From an uncultured delta proteobacterium (GTDB lineage: Bacteria; Desulfobacterota; Binatia; UBA9968), in the NCBI GenBank assembly GCA_963760795.1, contig CAVXEP010000017.1:80805-144804 (forward strand): 64,000 bases of DNA, given 5' to 3'. The position numbers and the translations under genes were made by a program. The notes beneath the pieces were generated by a model. It was not told where the DNA came from. It saw only the letters and a list, made by a program, of their open reading frames with translations, and did no database searches. Below are positions 39,797 to 50,077 of the stretch, piece by piece; position 1 is the first letter of the stretch; every line of letters begins with the position of its first letter.

Positions 39797-42079
39797 ATGC
39801 ACGAGGCGCAAAAGTTCGCTTGGGTCATCGTGCCGTCATCTCACAGAGAGCCGCTGATCTATCGCCTGCCCGCCGCCCATATAGCCAATCTGGCGCCGGG
39901 CACGCGCGTGTTGGTGCCGCTGCAGAATCGCCAAGTGACCGGAGTGGTACTGAGCATCGTCGATGAATCGCCACATAGTGATGGTCAAAGACCTGAGCGA
40001 GATTCTCGACGACCAGCCAATTGTCGATGCCGAACTGCTAAAACTGGCGCAGTGGATTTCGCAGTATTATCTCGCCCCCCTGGGCGACGTGGTTGCAACA
40101 ATTCTACCGCCCAATTCGCGCCGTGACAGTCAACGGTTGGTAATCTTACAGCAACGCGATGCGGTTCCACAGGACGAGTTGGAAGACGAAGTATTGCAGG
40201 AACTCGGCAAACGTAGAGGCAAAGTTAGCCTTAAGACACTAATTGGACTGTTCTCAGGTCGGCGCATTGACCGGGCTCTGGCAAAACTGGAGGTTCGCGG
40301 GGTGATAAGCCAGGCTGAGCACTTGGCCAAAATCCGGCGCCGCAACGTTCCCCTGCCTTCGACACCGGTCTGCGACATCGATGCGCACACGACACTTATA
40401 CTAAATTCGCAGCAAGCGCTTGCCTTGGATACCGTCGCGGCGGGAATCGAACAAGGTGGTTTTGAAACCTTTTTGCTCCATGGCATCACCGGCAGCGGCA
40501 AGACCGAAGTGTACCTACGCGCCATGGGATACGCACGCGAACGCGGCCGGAGCAGCATTATTTTAATTCCAGAAATTTCCCTGACACCACAACTTTTGGA
40601 CCACATGCACCGCCAGTTTCCGGGAAAAGTCGGCGTGTTGCATAGTGCGCTCACCGGCGCCGAACGTTGGGCTCAATGGTGGCGGATTCTGCGCGGCGAG
40701 GTCGATGTTGTCGTCGGCGCGCGCTCGGCGGTCTTCGCGCCGCTGGCGAATCTCGGCCTGATCATCGTCGATGAAGAACATGACTCGTCGTACAAACAAG
40801 AAGAAGGGCTGCGCTACAACGGCCGCGATGTCGCGGTGGTGCGCGGCAAGCAGTTGGGCTGTCCGGTAATCTTGGGTTCCGCCACTCCGGCCCTGGAAAG
40901 CTACGAGAACTGCCGCCAGGGGCGTTATAAGCTGGTCGAACTGACCCAACGGGTGGAGCAGCGTCCGTTGCCAGCGGTGGAAACCATCGATATGCGCTAC
41001 CAGTTCGTCAAACCAGCTGCGCCAGAGAAGCCTTCCGAGTCGTTACAGAAGAATACTAAAAAGACGGTCAAGCCGCGCTTAATGGCCGCAAGCTTTATCG
41101 CAGCGATCAAGCAAAACCTTCTCGACAAGCGTCAGACTCTGATATTTCTCAATCGCCGCGGCTTCGCCAATTTCTTGCAGTGCGGCTTATGCGGCCATGT
41201 CTGGCATTGTCCACATTGCAGCGTGACGTTAACTTTGCATCTGCGGCGTAAACTGCTGGCTTGCCACCATTGCGATTATCGCCACGTCATGAGCGACGTT
41301 TGTCCGGAGTGTAAAAACCCAAGCCTGGCCCCAGTGGGGACCGGTACGGAGCAGGTTGAAGAGGCACTCCGCGAACTGCTTCCCGACGCCAGAGTGGCGA
41401 GAATGGACCGCGACACCACCAGCAAGCGCGGCTCTCAAGAGGCATTGATCAGGGCTGGGAGCGCGGTGACATCGACATCTTGGTCGGCACCCAGATGATC
41501 ACCAAAGGCCATGATGTCGCCGGCGTGACACTAGTCGGCGCTCTCTCAGCGGACCTGTCGTTGAATTTACCCGACTTCCGCGCCGCCGAGCGGACTTTTC
41601 AACTGCTCAGCCAAGTCGCCGGGCGCGCCGGACGGGGCAGCGATCCGGGCCGCATGGTGATTCAAACTTACTCCCCCGATCATTATGCGATTCAGCACTT
41701 GCCGAACCATGATTATAAGGGTTTCTTCGCCGTCGAGAGCGAATTCCGCCGGGCGCTTAGCTATCCGCCCTTCGCCAAATTAATTAATTTACGCTTCGAC
41801 GGTCCCAAGGCTGAAGAAGTTGAGAGGCGCGCGAAATCCGTAGCTGCACAGTTACGCCGACTCCAAGTCCGCGAGCCAAAGTTTAACGCCGGCATCGAAG
41901 TGCTCGGCCCCGCGGCCGCGCCCATCGAAAAACTGCGCAACCGCTTTCGCTGGCAGCTCCTGCTCAAAGGGAAAAATAGCGCCAGCCTGTTGGAGTTTGC
42001 CAGCCACGCCCGCAGGCTCTCTCCTGATGGCCGCGGCGGGCGCCTCCAGATTGATGTCGATCCTTACAGTATGTTATAA
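39797..42079 (+). CDS. priA: Primosomal protein N' (two frameshifts, near 39978 and 41460)
   Basis: LLHGITGSGKTEVY, PEISLTPQ, VDEEHD, GSATP, LNRRG, four CxxC pairs, GTQMITKGHD, QVAGRAGR, IDVDP. Confidence 0.95.
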
Positions 42080-42092
42080 ATTTCAGTAAGTT

Positions 42093-42635
42093 ATGGCTAT
42101 TTTAAAAATTCTTAAATACCCTGAGCCGGCACTTAAGAAAGTAGCGTCACCGGTGCGTGACTTCGGCGCGCAAACCGTCCAGCTGGTCAACGACATGCTC
42201 GAAACTATGTATGCCGCGCCGGGTGTCGGCCTCGCCGCGCCGCAGGTCGGCGTATCTCAGCGTGTAGTGGTCCTCGACACCGATCACGAGAATCCCGGCA
42301 AGCAGGTTTATAAGCTTGTCAATCCGGTGATAACCCACGCGGAGGGGTCCGTGCTCTGGGAAGAGGGTTGTCTCAGTGTGGTCGACTTCACCGCCGACGT
42401 GAAGCGCGCGGCGCAAGTGCAAGTCAGCGCTTTCGATGAGCATCAAAACGAAATCAAGATCGAAGCTGAAGGTTTGCTGGCAGTGGCACTGCAGCACGAG
42501 ATCGATCATCTCGATGGTAAACTATTCATCGACCGGATCAGCCGGTTAAAGCGTGAGCTCTATACCCGCAAGCGTATCAAGAGTCTGCGCAGCGGCGTCG
42601 AGCCGGCGCACGAACCAGCGCACATCATGATCTAA
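42093..42635 (+). CDS. def: Peptide deformylase
   Basis: GVGLAAPQVG, EGCLS, QHEIDHLDG. Confidence 0.97.
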   Translation: MAILKILKYPEPALKKVASPVRDFGAQTVQLVNDMLETMYAAPGVGLAAPQVGVSQRVVVLDTDHENPGKQVYKLVNPVITHAEGSVLWEEGCLSVVDFTADVKRAAQVQVSAFDEHQNEIKIEAEGLLAVALQHEIDHLDGKLFIDRISRLKRELYTRKRIKSLRSGVEPAHEPAHIMI

Positions 42636-42689
42636 CCGCGGCCGTCAAGTTTCTAAAATAACTGCCGCATCGTCGAGTCATTTATTTTC

Positions 42690-43631
42690 ATGGCAGCACC
42701 CTGGCGCATCATCTTTATGGGCACGCCGCAAATCGCTGCGACGACTTTGGCGCAACTCCTCACCGGCCCAGATACCGTCGTCGGCGTGGTCACCCAGCCG
42801 AATAGCAGCGCCGGACGCGGCCAGAAAAGTTCCGCCTCGCCGGTACGAAAATTGGCCGAGTCACATGCCATCCCGGTTCTTGCCGCGGAAAAAATTCGCA
42901 CCCCGGAATTTCTTCAATCGCTGCGCAATTGGCAGCCCGACATCATTGTGGTAGTTGCCTACGGCCGTATCTTGCCGAAATCGATTCTCGAGCTGGCTCC
43001 CCACGGCTGCGTCAACGTACATTACTCACTCTTGCCGAAATACCGCGGCGCCGCGCCGGCCGCCTGGACGATTATCAACGGCGAAGCGGAAGCTGGCGTC
43101 AGCACCATGAAGCTAGTGGAAAAAATGGATGCCGGGGCGATCTATTTGCAAGAGGCTATCAGGCTCAGTGGTGAGGAAACCACCGGATCGCTGCAGGCCC
43201 AGCTGACGCCCGTCGGCGCCCGGTTGTTGCTGGAAACCTTGCGCCGACTCAAATCAGGAACCCTCAGTGCAACCGAACAAGATGAAAACCTGGCGACCCT
43301 TGCGCCAATCTTGAAGAAAGAAAACGGCCTCATCGACTGGCAGCGGCCGGCGATAGACATCGAGCGGCGGATTCGCGGCTTCGACCCTTGGCCGGGAAGT
43401 TTCACGCATTTCGCCGGCAAGATGCTGAAGATTCAGCGAGCTACAATCGTCGGCACCGAGCGACACGGCAGCCCCGGCGAAATCATCCGCGCCGATGCGG
43501 CAGGCTTTTGGCTGGCGACCTCGTCGGGGGTCTTGAGTCTCGAAGAGGTGCAGCAAGAAAACAAAAAGCGGCTGGCGGGCGTTGAGTTTATCAAGGGCGC
43601 GAGGATTAAACCCGGTGACCGTCTTGAGTGA
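42690..43631 (+). CDS. fmt: Methionyl-tRNA formyltransferase
   Basis: IFMGTP, VVAYGRILP, NVHYSLLPKYRGAAP, MDAG. Confidence 0.96.
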   Translation: MAAPWRIIFMGTPQIAATTLAQLLTGPDTVVGVVTQPNSSAGRGQKSSASPVRKLAESHAIPVLAAEKIRTPEFLQSLRNWQPDIIVVVAYGRILPKSILELAPHGCVNVHYSLLPKYRGAAPAAWTIINGEAEAGVSTMKLVEKMDAGAIYLQEAIRLSGEETTGSLQAQLTPVGARLLLETLRRLKSGTLSATEQDENLATLAPILKKENGLIDWQRPAIDIERRIRGFDPWPGSFTHFAGKMLKIQRATIVGTERHGSPGEIIRADAAGFWLATSSGVLSLEEVQQENKKRLAGVEFIKGARIKPGDRLE

Positions 43632-44977
43632 CGGTAAGAACGTCCGCCAAATCGCCGGCGAGATTCTGCATCGAGTCGAGAGTCAGAAGGCGTATGCCGA
43701 CCTAATGCTCGATCATCATCTGCGCCGCGATGATCTTAAAGACGCTGACCGCGGGCTATTAACAGAGTTGACCTACGGGACGCTGCGCTGGCGCGGCAGG
43801 ATCGACTCCAAGCTTGTACCATTGCTCGACCGGTCGTCTCTCCGATACCGATCCGTTTATTCGCAATTTACTCCGGGTCACCCTCTATCAATTGCTCTTC
43901 CTCGACAAAATTCCTGCCTATGCCGCGGTCAATGAAGCGGTCGAGATCGCTAAAGCCACACAGCCCGGAAGCGCCGGTTTCGTCAATGGCGTCCTGCGCA
44001 GTTTTCTCAGGCAATTGGCGAAGGATGGCAAGGCGAGTGACATCCAGAGTTCAGCTGCGAACCTAGCCGATGAATATTCGCATCCCCAATGGTTGGTGGA
44101 TCGCTGGCGCGAATACTTTGGCGATGAGCAGGCGAAAGCATTAATGCTTGCGAGCAATCAAAAATCGCCGCTGGTGGTGCGGGCCAACTTGGGTAAGACC
44201 AGCCGCGAGAAATTATTAGCAAGCTGGGACGAACACCACATCGCGGCCGAACCCACCGCAGTCTCGGCGCAAGCCATCCGGCTGCCCACTGGTGTGAGCA
44301 TTGAGACGCTACCGGGCTTTACTGAAGGATTGTTTCAAGTGCAAAGCACAGCGTCGCAACTGGTATCATACCTGGTCGGCCCGGCGTCGGGAGACCTGAT
44401 TCTCGACGCGTGCGCCGCGCCGGGCGGCAAAGCCACCCATCTCGCCGAGTTGATCGGCGATCAAGGTAGCATCATCGCCATCGATACTTCGGCCCGCGGC
44501 GTTGAGAGAATCGAGCAGAATGCTCAACGCTTGGGACTAGCATCCATACAAGCCAAGTGCGCCAACGCCGGCAAGGCCTTACCGGCCAACCTCGCCGGGC
44601 TCTACGATCGCATCCTCGTCGACGCGCCATGCAGCGGTCTTGGCACTTTGCGCTCTCACCCTGAGATCAAATGGCAGCGCGATGACAGCGACATCGCCCG
44701 TCTCGCCGCTCTCCAAGCGCGCATTGTCCAGTCCGTCGCGCAATATTTAAAAGTCGGCGGCGTTCTGGTTTATTCCACATGTACCTTGACGGTCGATGAA
44801 AATGAGCGAGTAGTAGAGAACTTCTTGCGCCAAAATAGTCGGTTTGAGTTGGCCGATGCAGCGCGCTATCTTCCCGAATCGGCGCGCCACATGGTCCACG
44901 GCAAATATTTTCAAGCGCTGCCCCAGCGCGACGACACCGATGGGTTTTTCGCAGCGCGCATGAGAAAGGTGACTTAG
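43624..44977 (+). CDS. rsmB: 16S rRNA m5C967 methyltransferase (frameshift near 43830)
   Basis: NusB-like N-terminus (ELTYGTLRW, YQLLFLDKIPAYAAVNEAV), DACAAPGGK, DAPCSGLG, YSTCT, DGFF. Confidence 0.94.
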
Positions 44978-45637
44978 ATGCCAGGGATGAAAATCGCTCC
45001 GTCGATATTGTCGGCCGACTTCAGTCGCTTGAAAGACGAGATCCAGGCGGTGGAAGCGGCCGGCGCCGACTGGATTCATGTCGATGTCATGGACGGCCAC
45101 TTCGTACCCAACATCACCATCGGTCCCGTCGTCGTCGAGTGGGTGCGCAAGGTGACGACGATTGCCGTCGATGTCCATCTCATGATCACCGACCCAGACA
45201 AGTACGCTCCGGAATTTATCAAAGCCGGCGCCGACTGGGTGTCGATCCATCCCGACACTTGCGCCAATCCTAACGCTACATTGAAAAAAATCCGTAAGCT
45301 CGGCGCCAAGCCATCGATCGCCGTCAATCCAGATGTCCCGCTCAGCAATGTCGCCGGCTGCTTTGACGATGTCGATATGATTCTGATGATGACGGTGTTC
45401 CCAGGTTTCGGCGGCCAGGCGTTCATCGCCGATGTGCTGACGAAAATCACCGAAGTTAGGAAGTTAATCGATGCGCGTAAACCGGGCGTGCTTATCGAGG
45501 TCGACGGCGGTATTAAAACTGACAACATCGCCAGAGTGGTCCAAGCCGGCGGTGAGGTCATCGTTTCCGGCTCTGGAATCTTCAAAACGCCAAGTTACGC
45601 CGAGACTATACGTCAGATGCGCCAAGCCGTGGGCTAA
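44978..45637 (+). CDS. rpe: Ribulose-phosphate 3-epimerase
   Basis: IAPSILSADF, HVDVMDGHFVPNITIG, DVHLMI, PGFGGQ, EVDGG. Confidence 0.97.
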   Translation: MPGMKIAPSILSADFSRLKDEIQAVEAAGADWIHVDVMDGHFVPNITIGPVVVEWVRKVTTIAVDVHLMITDPDKYAPEFIKAGADWVSIHPDTCANPNATLKKIRKLGAKPSIAVNPDVPLSNVAGCFDDVDMILMMTVFPGFGGQAFIADVLTKITEVRKLIDARKPGVLIEVDGGIKTDNIARVVQAGGEVIVSGSGIFKTPSYAETIRQMRQAVG

Positions 45638-45663
45638 CCCAACTATACCCCGTCAACTGACTA

Positions 45664-45733
45664 TTCCAAGTTACAAATTCCAGATTACAAACCAATCGTC
45701 CGACAATCCGGGATCTGGAATTTGAAATCTGCC
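45664..45733. repeat. Heptamer-repeat inverted element
   Basis: ttccaag-ttacaaa-ttccaga-ttacaaa facing atctgga-atttgaa-atctgcc; caaattccagat pairs with atctggaatttg over 12 bp. Confidence 0.65.
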
Positions 45734-45734
45734 A

Positions 45735-45761
45735 TGCCTCGCTACGCGAGGCAGTTGTTTT
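45735..45761 (+). terminator. Possible terminator hairpin after rpe
   Basis: tgcctcgc-tac-gcgaggca followed by gttgtttt. Confidence 0.4.
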
Positions 45762-45790
45762 CCCTCGGTGGTGTGTTAGTTTGTCCGGGT

Positions 45791-45867
45791 CGGGGCGTGG
45801 CTCAGCTTGGTAGAGCGCACGGTTCGGGTCCGTGAAGTCGGTGGTTCAAATCCACTCGCCCCGACCA
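45791..45867 (+). tRNA. tRNA-Pro (anticodon CGG)
   Basis: Cloverleaf: acceptor CGGGGCG/CGCCCCG, D-arm GCTC/GAGC, anticodon stem CACGG/CCGTG with loop TTCGGGT, T-loop TTCAAAT, encoded CCA. Confidence 0.97.
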
Positions 45868-45874
45868 TTTTTCT

Positions 45875-46245
45875 TCTTCCGTCTTCCAATTGTTTTCATC
45901 TACTTTTTCAAACACTTCGGAGTAGGCTACTAAGAACTTATACTCGGCATCGTCGGTGCCGGTGCGTAAGGCTTCGGGAAAGGTTTCGGTTTTCGAGCCG
46001 AATAGCCTCTGTAGCTGCTCTAGGGAATCGCTCTGAACATACCGGCCATAGAGCTTTTCGATCATCGCCACCGATGTTCCGCAATACTCGGCGAGCCACT
46101 TGATATTGACCCCATGCGATAGCGCATCCGAAATGAATATGTGCCGCGTCGCGTAGAACTTCCGTACTCGAACACCGCAGGCTGAAAGCGCTAGGTACGA
46201 GTATTTGCCACGCCACTTGTCCTCGTTGATCGGGTTGCGCTCTTG
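45875..46245 (-). pseudogene. Tyrosine recombinase (integrase) C-terminal remnant, truncated at the IS3 left end
   Basis: GVRVRKFYATRHIFISDALSHGVNIKWLAEYCGTSVAMIEKLYGRY = box II (x-x-x-R-H ... G-T-S ... Y); the N-terminal part is absent. Confidence 0.82.
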
Positions 46246-47481
46246 TGAGGTAGCCCGGGTTTGACGGACACCAAGAAAGGGGTCAAAACCCCGGAGGAGG
46301 TGTTCGATGACAAAGCGGAAGCAGTTTAGCGCAGAGTTCAAACGCGAAGCGGTTCGGTTGCTGGAGACATCAAAGAAACAGCCAAGCGATCTTGCCCGGG
46401 AACTCGGGGTTCGTCGCAATCAACTCTACAAGTGGAAAGATCAACTCAGCCGACGCGGCAAGCAAGCTTTCCCTGGGCACGGACGCCGGGCCAGAGAGCA
46501 GCGACGAGGTGACTCGACTGCGCGAGGAATTGGAGCAGGTTAAAGAGGAGCGAGACATTTTAAAAAAGGCCGCCGCGTACTTTGCCAAGGAGCTCAAGTG
46601 AAGTACGTCTTTATGCGAGCCAACCGCGAAGAGTTTGACGTCAAGCGCATGTGCGAGGTTCTACAAGTCAGCCGCAGCGGATACTACGACTGGGCTGAGC
46701 GTGAAGAGTCCAAGCGCAGCCAACAGGATCGTGTTCTGCTCAAGGAGATTCGCAAGATCCATCAGGAGACCAAGGAAGCCTACGGAGCAACCAAGACGTG
46801 GCGACTTTGAAACAGTCGGGTACGGAATGTGGCAAGCATCGAGTGGCCCGCTACGGCGTCAGGCGGGGATCGAGGCACGGCGCAAGCGCAAATTCAGATT
46901 GGCGTACAAGGCCCGCAACACGGCCCCTGCGGCACCCAATCTTTTACGCTGGCCGTTCAAGGCCGCTTTCTCCGATCAGATCTGGGTGACGATGTAACTT
47001 TCATCCCTACTCGATCCGGGTGGTTGTATTTGCTGTGATGATCGACTTGCATACTCGTCTAGTGTTGGTCATGAAGGACCGCCCTAACCAGGAGCTTGTC
47101 AATGAAACGCTGATGATGGCGGTGGAGCAGCGCCGACCTAAGCCGGGCCTGATTCACCACAGTGACCAGGGAATTTTGTATTCCAGTGGGAGTTATCTAG
47201 CGTTGCTAAAAAAGTACGGGATGCTACGCAGTATGAGTGGCAAGGGACAACTGCTACGACAACGCGGTGGCTGAAAGCTTCTTCAGTTCGTTAAAGAACG
47301 AACTCGTTCACCACCGCAACTATCAAACGCGAGATGAGGCACGCACAGAAATCTTTGAGTACATTGAACTGTTTTACAATCGCAAACGACTTCATCAGTC
47401 GTTGAATTATCAACCGCCGATGCAGTACAAGTCAGATGAAGTGTCGCCTAATTAACTGTCCGTGAAACCCGGGCTATCTCA
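46246..47481 (+). mobile_element. IS3-family insertion sequence (1236 bp)
   Basis: 5'-TG...CA-3' ends; IRL TGAGGTAGCCCGGGTTTGACGGACA vs IRR (reverse complement) TGAGATAGCCCGGGTTTCACGGACA, 23/25 identical; no target duplication visible. Confidence 0.93.
46307..47455 (+). pseudogene. IS3 transposase OrfA/OrfB with multiple frameshifts
   Basis: OrfA RKQFSAEFKREAV...ERDILKKAAAYFAKE. A6G slippery site at 46562-46568 puts OrfB in the -1 frame. OrfB fragments VSRSGYY, WVTD-like, HHSDQG, NCYDNAVAESFF, YIELFYNRKRLH lie in different frames. Confidence 0.88.
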
Positions 47482-47638
47482 CGCTGACCCCATAACGCTC
47501 GCAAGTCTTCGGATTAACAACGACGTCTTCGGATCTTCGTCAGGCTGCTATTCATTCTTCAAGAGATGCTGGACTGATGCGTACTTCGGTGCGCAAACCA
47601 GCATTCTGAGAATCTATCAAGCCTGTGGTCAATACCGT

Positions 47639-47759
47639 ACGATCATCCTGAGTGCGTCAACCGTCGCCAGTAACCAGTAAAGGGTTGCCGGCGAATAGTG
47701 TTTATAGCGCCACAAAAGGCGCAGTCCATTCGTTCGCGCGGACTTGGACAACGGACTTG
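47639..47759 (+). pseudogene. Internal fragment of an SDR oxidoreductase with a 7-bp tandem duplication
   Basis: Removing one copy of CCAGTAA (47667-47680) gives TIILSASTVASKGLPANSVYSATKGAVHSFARTWTTDL, with the SDR Ser and YxxxK motif. Confidence 0.75.
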
Positions 47760-47767
47760 CCGGACAT

Positions 47768-49147
47768 TCATCTGGCCGCATGCTCGTCGACCAGCTCTCG
47801 GTACCAATCCAAATAATCCATCACCTCCCGCGTTAGATCGAACCTCTGCCGGGCGTCGTTCGCCGCGTTCTCCGCCAGTCTGCAACGCAAGCTTTCATTT
47901 TTTAATAATCGCTCGATTGCACACGCCATCGCCTCCGCATCGCCGCGGTTCACCAAAACTCCCGTTGCCTCGTCTGCGCCAAACGAGCGCCGCATCGACA
48001 TGGTAATGTCCGAGTCACCTAATCCCTTAATCTGTTCTGGGATACCACCCACCGCCGTGGCAATTACCGGCGTGCCACAAGCGAGCGATTCCAAAACGAC
48101 ATTCGGAAACGTATCCGCTTTTGCGGCATGCAAACAAAGATCGGCCGCTTGGAAATAACTTGCCACAACGCGGACATCCGTTTCATAAGGAAGGAACCGC
48201 GTAGTAATACTACCAATTTGCTCCGCCTGCATATCTTCGCCTAGCGTGATAAGCATCACCTCCTGCGACGGTATGCGCTCGCTAAGTCGGGCAACTGCGG
48301 CACGAATAGTTTCATAATCCTTAAACGGATTCCGCTTTATGCCGTTGGCCACGAACAGCAACACCTTGGCCTCATCCGGAATACCTAATCTTGCTCGTAC
48401 TGCCCATCGGTCGCTCGGATGGAAGTCCGAAAGGTCCACACCGTACGGAATAACCCGGCTTTGCACAATGGCCGAGGCGACTAACGATTGCTGTATTTCA
48501 TCGAGCAACCAATGACAGGGCGCGCTAATATAAACGCGGCTATTCGCAAAAACGTTTTTCTTCCGTCGCCAATTATGCGCCGTCGCATCCCGCGCAATGG
48601 CCGGATAAATCTGGAGGTCCGGACAGATCCCGCAACCTATCTTCCAGCGATCGCAATCGTTTGTGAAGGCACAGTGCCCGGTCATCAGCCATTCATCATG
48701 AACCGATAAGATAACAGGTTTACGCCGACTTAAGGCTTGCAAAGCGCGCGGATCAAAATAGTCCACATGTAAGTTATGACAGTGAATGACATCTACTGGT
48801 TCGTGTATCAGGTCCAACAGTTGCCACGATGCCGGATGTTGGAAATCCTCAACTCCCTGACGCATCTTCAAACGGCGGATTGGCTCTGCAATCAATGTTA
48901 AGCGACTTTTCCAATATACGTTCTGTTGCTTTTCTCGGATGGATAACCAAAAACGTGCCCACGCACTGCGTGAGGCATCGCTGGCGAGGGGAATAACATT
49001 GGGGTGGTCGGTTTTTTTAGTTCTGACAGCTAGCCAGGATCCGTGACCATACGCCGGATATGACCGAAAAAGGTCCCATGCGACCTTTTCAGCGCCGCCG
49101 CCGCGGTCGGCAGTACTAACTTGCAAGATATTAAGACGATTTTTCAT
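47768..49147 (-). CDS. Glycosyltransferase family 4 (WcaC-like)
   Basis: GGGAEK, HCHNLH, HDEWLMTGHC, DTFPNVVLESLACGTPVIATAVGGIPEQI. Confidence 0.92.
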   Translation of the reverse strand: MKNRLNILQVSTADRGGGAEKVAWDLFRSYPAYGHGSWLAVRTKKTDHPNVIPLASDASRSAWARFWLSIREKQQNVYWKSRLTLIAEPIRRLKMRQGVEDFQHPASWQLLDLIHEPVDVIHCHNLHVDYFDPRALQALSRRKPVILSVHDEWLMTGHCAFTNDCDRWKIGCGICPDLQIYPAIARDATAHNWRRKKNVFANSRVYISAPCHWLLDEIQQSLVASAIVQSRVIPYGVDLSDFHPSDRWAVRARLGIPDEAKVLLFVANGIKRNPFKDYETIRAAVARLSERIPSQEVMLITLGEDMQAEQIGSITTRFLPYETDVRVVASYFQAADLCLHAAKADTFPNVVLESLACGTPVIATAVGGIPEQIKGLGDSDITMSMRRSFGADEATGVLVNRGDAEAMACAIERLLKNESLRCRLAENAANDARQRFDLTREVMDYLDWYRELVDEHAAR

Positions 49148-49209
49148 CGCCAGAGTTCTATTACAAAACCAATCTTTTCTCTCATGACCGCATCCAGATA
49201 GTTATTGAA

Positions 49210-50049
49210 TTATTCAGTAATTGGTTTGATCGCCTCGACCCATAACGAGTCAGGTTTAAATACAGTTCCGTTCTCATCGCTGTCGAGGCTAAACTGCGCC
49301 CAATTATCGATGGCGCTCTCGAATCCGCTCCGCTCGATCGGAGTTCCAAAACCTGATTGTTCAAGTAGCAGTGCCAAAGAATGTCGATCATACATCCATT
49401 GATGGATTTCTCCGGATAAACGAAAACGCCCGAGCATCAGGGCGTCATAATCGTGCTGTCCTAGGAGACGTCGGAGGAGTATGGCACGCAAACGATCCCG
49501 CAGGCTATAAAGCTGATTCAGCCCTCTGCGCCGAAGCGAATCACATGAGTTTCCTATGTCATTCAGGCAAAGCCGCGATTTAATTTGCCGCGCTTCCTCG
49601 CCCAGCCGCTCATAAACCATCTTTTCGTTAGGAATAGGATTCTGCTTCAAGTATTCGAGCATGGCGCCGCCGGGCTTGTCACGCACCGTCTGGTCATAAA
49701 GCTCAAGCATTATCCACATATAATCATAACGTGCTTCGGAATCACCCATAAGAGCCTTGTCTAAAGTTCGCAGGTATAGCTGGGTGATTCGCTCGAGATC
49801 AGGCACCGCGACTCGGATGATTCCACCGCTCTTAAGGACCCGATAACACTCTTTACTAAACGGCAGGGCCGCCTCTCTCGGCAAATGTTCCAGCAAGTGA
49901 GAATGATATACAATGTCAAAAGTTTCATCTGAAAACGGCAGACCTTTTCGTACGTCATGAATCTGCACGTATGGACTCACATAACTTGCGTCAATATTCG
50001 TCCATGCGGGATGAAAATGACTGCCGCATCCGAGATTGAGGCCTTTCAT
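49210..50049 (-). CDS. SAM-dependent methyltransferase (Methyltransf_11 type)
   Basis: LNLGCG, LPFSDETFDIVYHSHLLEHL, RVLKSGGIIRVAVPD, HQWMYD. Confidence 0.9.
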   Translation of the reverse strand: MKGLNLGCGSHFHPAWTNIDASYVSPYVQIHDVRKGLPFSDETFDIVYHSHLLEHLPREAALPFSKECYRVLKSGGIIRVAVPDLERITQLYLRTLDKALMGDSEARYDYMWIMLELYDQTVRDKPGGAMLEYLKQNPIPNEKMVYERLGEEARQIKSRLCLNDIGNSCDSLRRRGLNQLYSLRDRLRAILLRRLLGQHDYDALMLGRFRLSGEIHQWMYDRHSLALLLEQSGFGTPIERSGFESAIDNWAQFSLDSDENGTVFKPDSLWVEAIKPITE

Positions 50050-50077
50050 GCTACGTTAGTGGACCGGTTGGTGTCAT

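Noticed and set aside
39797-44977. Programmed frameshifting or pseudogenisation of priA and rsmB (and aroC)
   Set aside because: No canonical slippery sites were noticed, the motifs are intact, and indels are scattered across many genes; sequencing error is more likely.
45802-46419. 205-aa ORF as an intact gene
   Set aside because: It is a chimera of antisense IS3 sequence, the integrase remnant and antisense tRNA.
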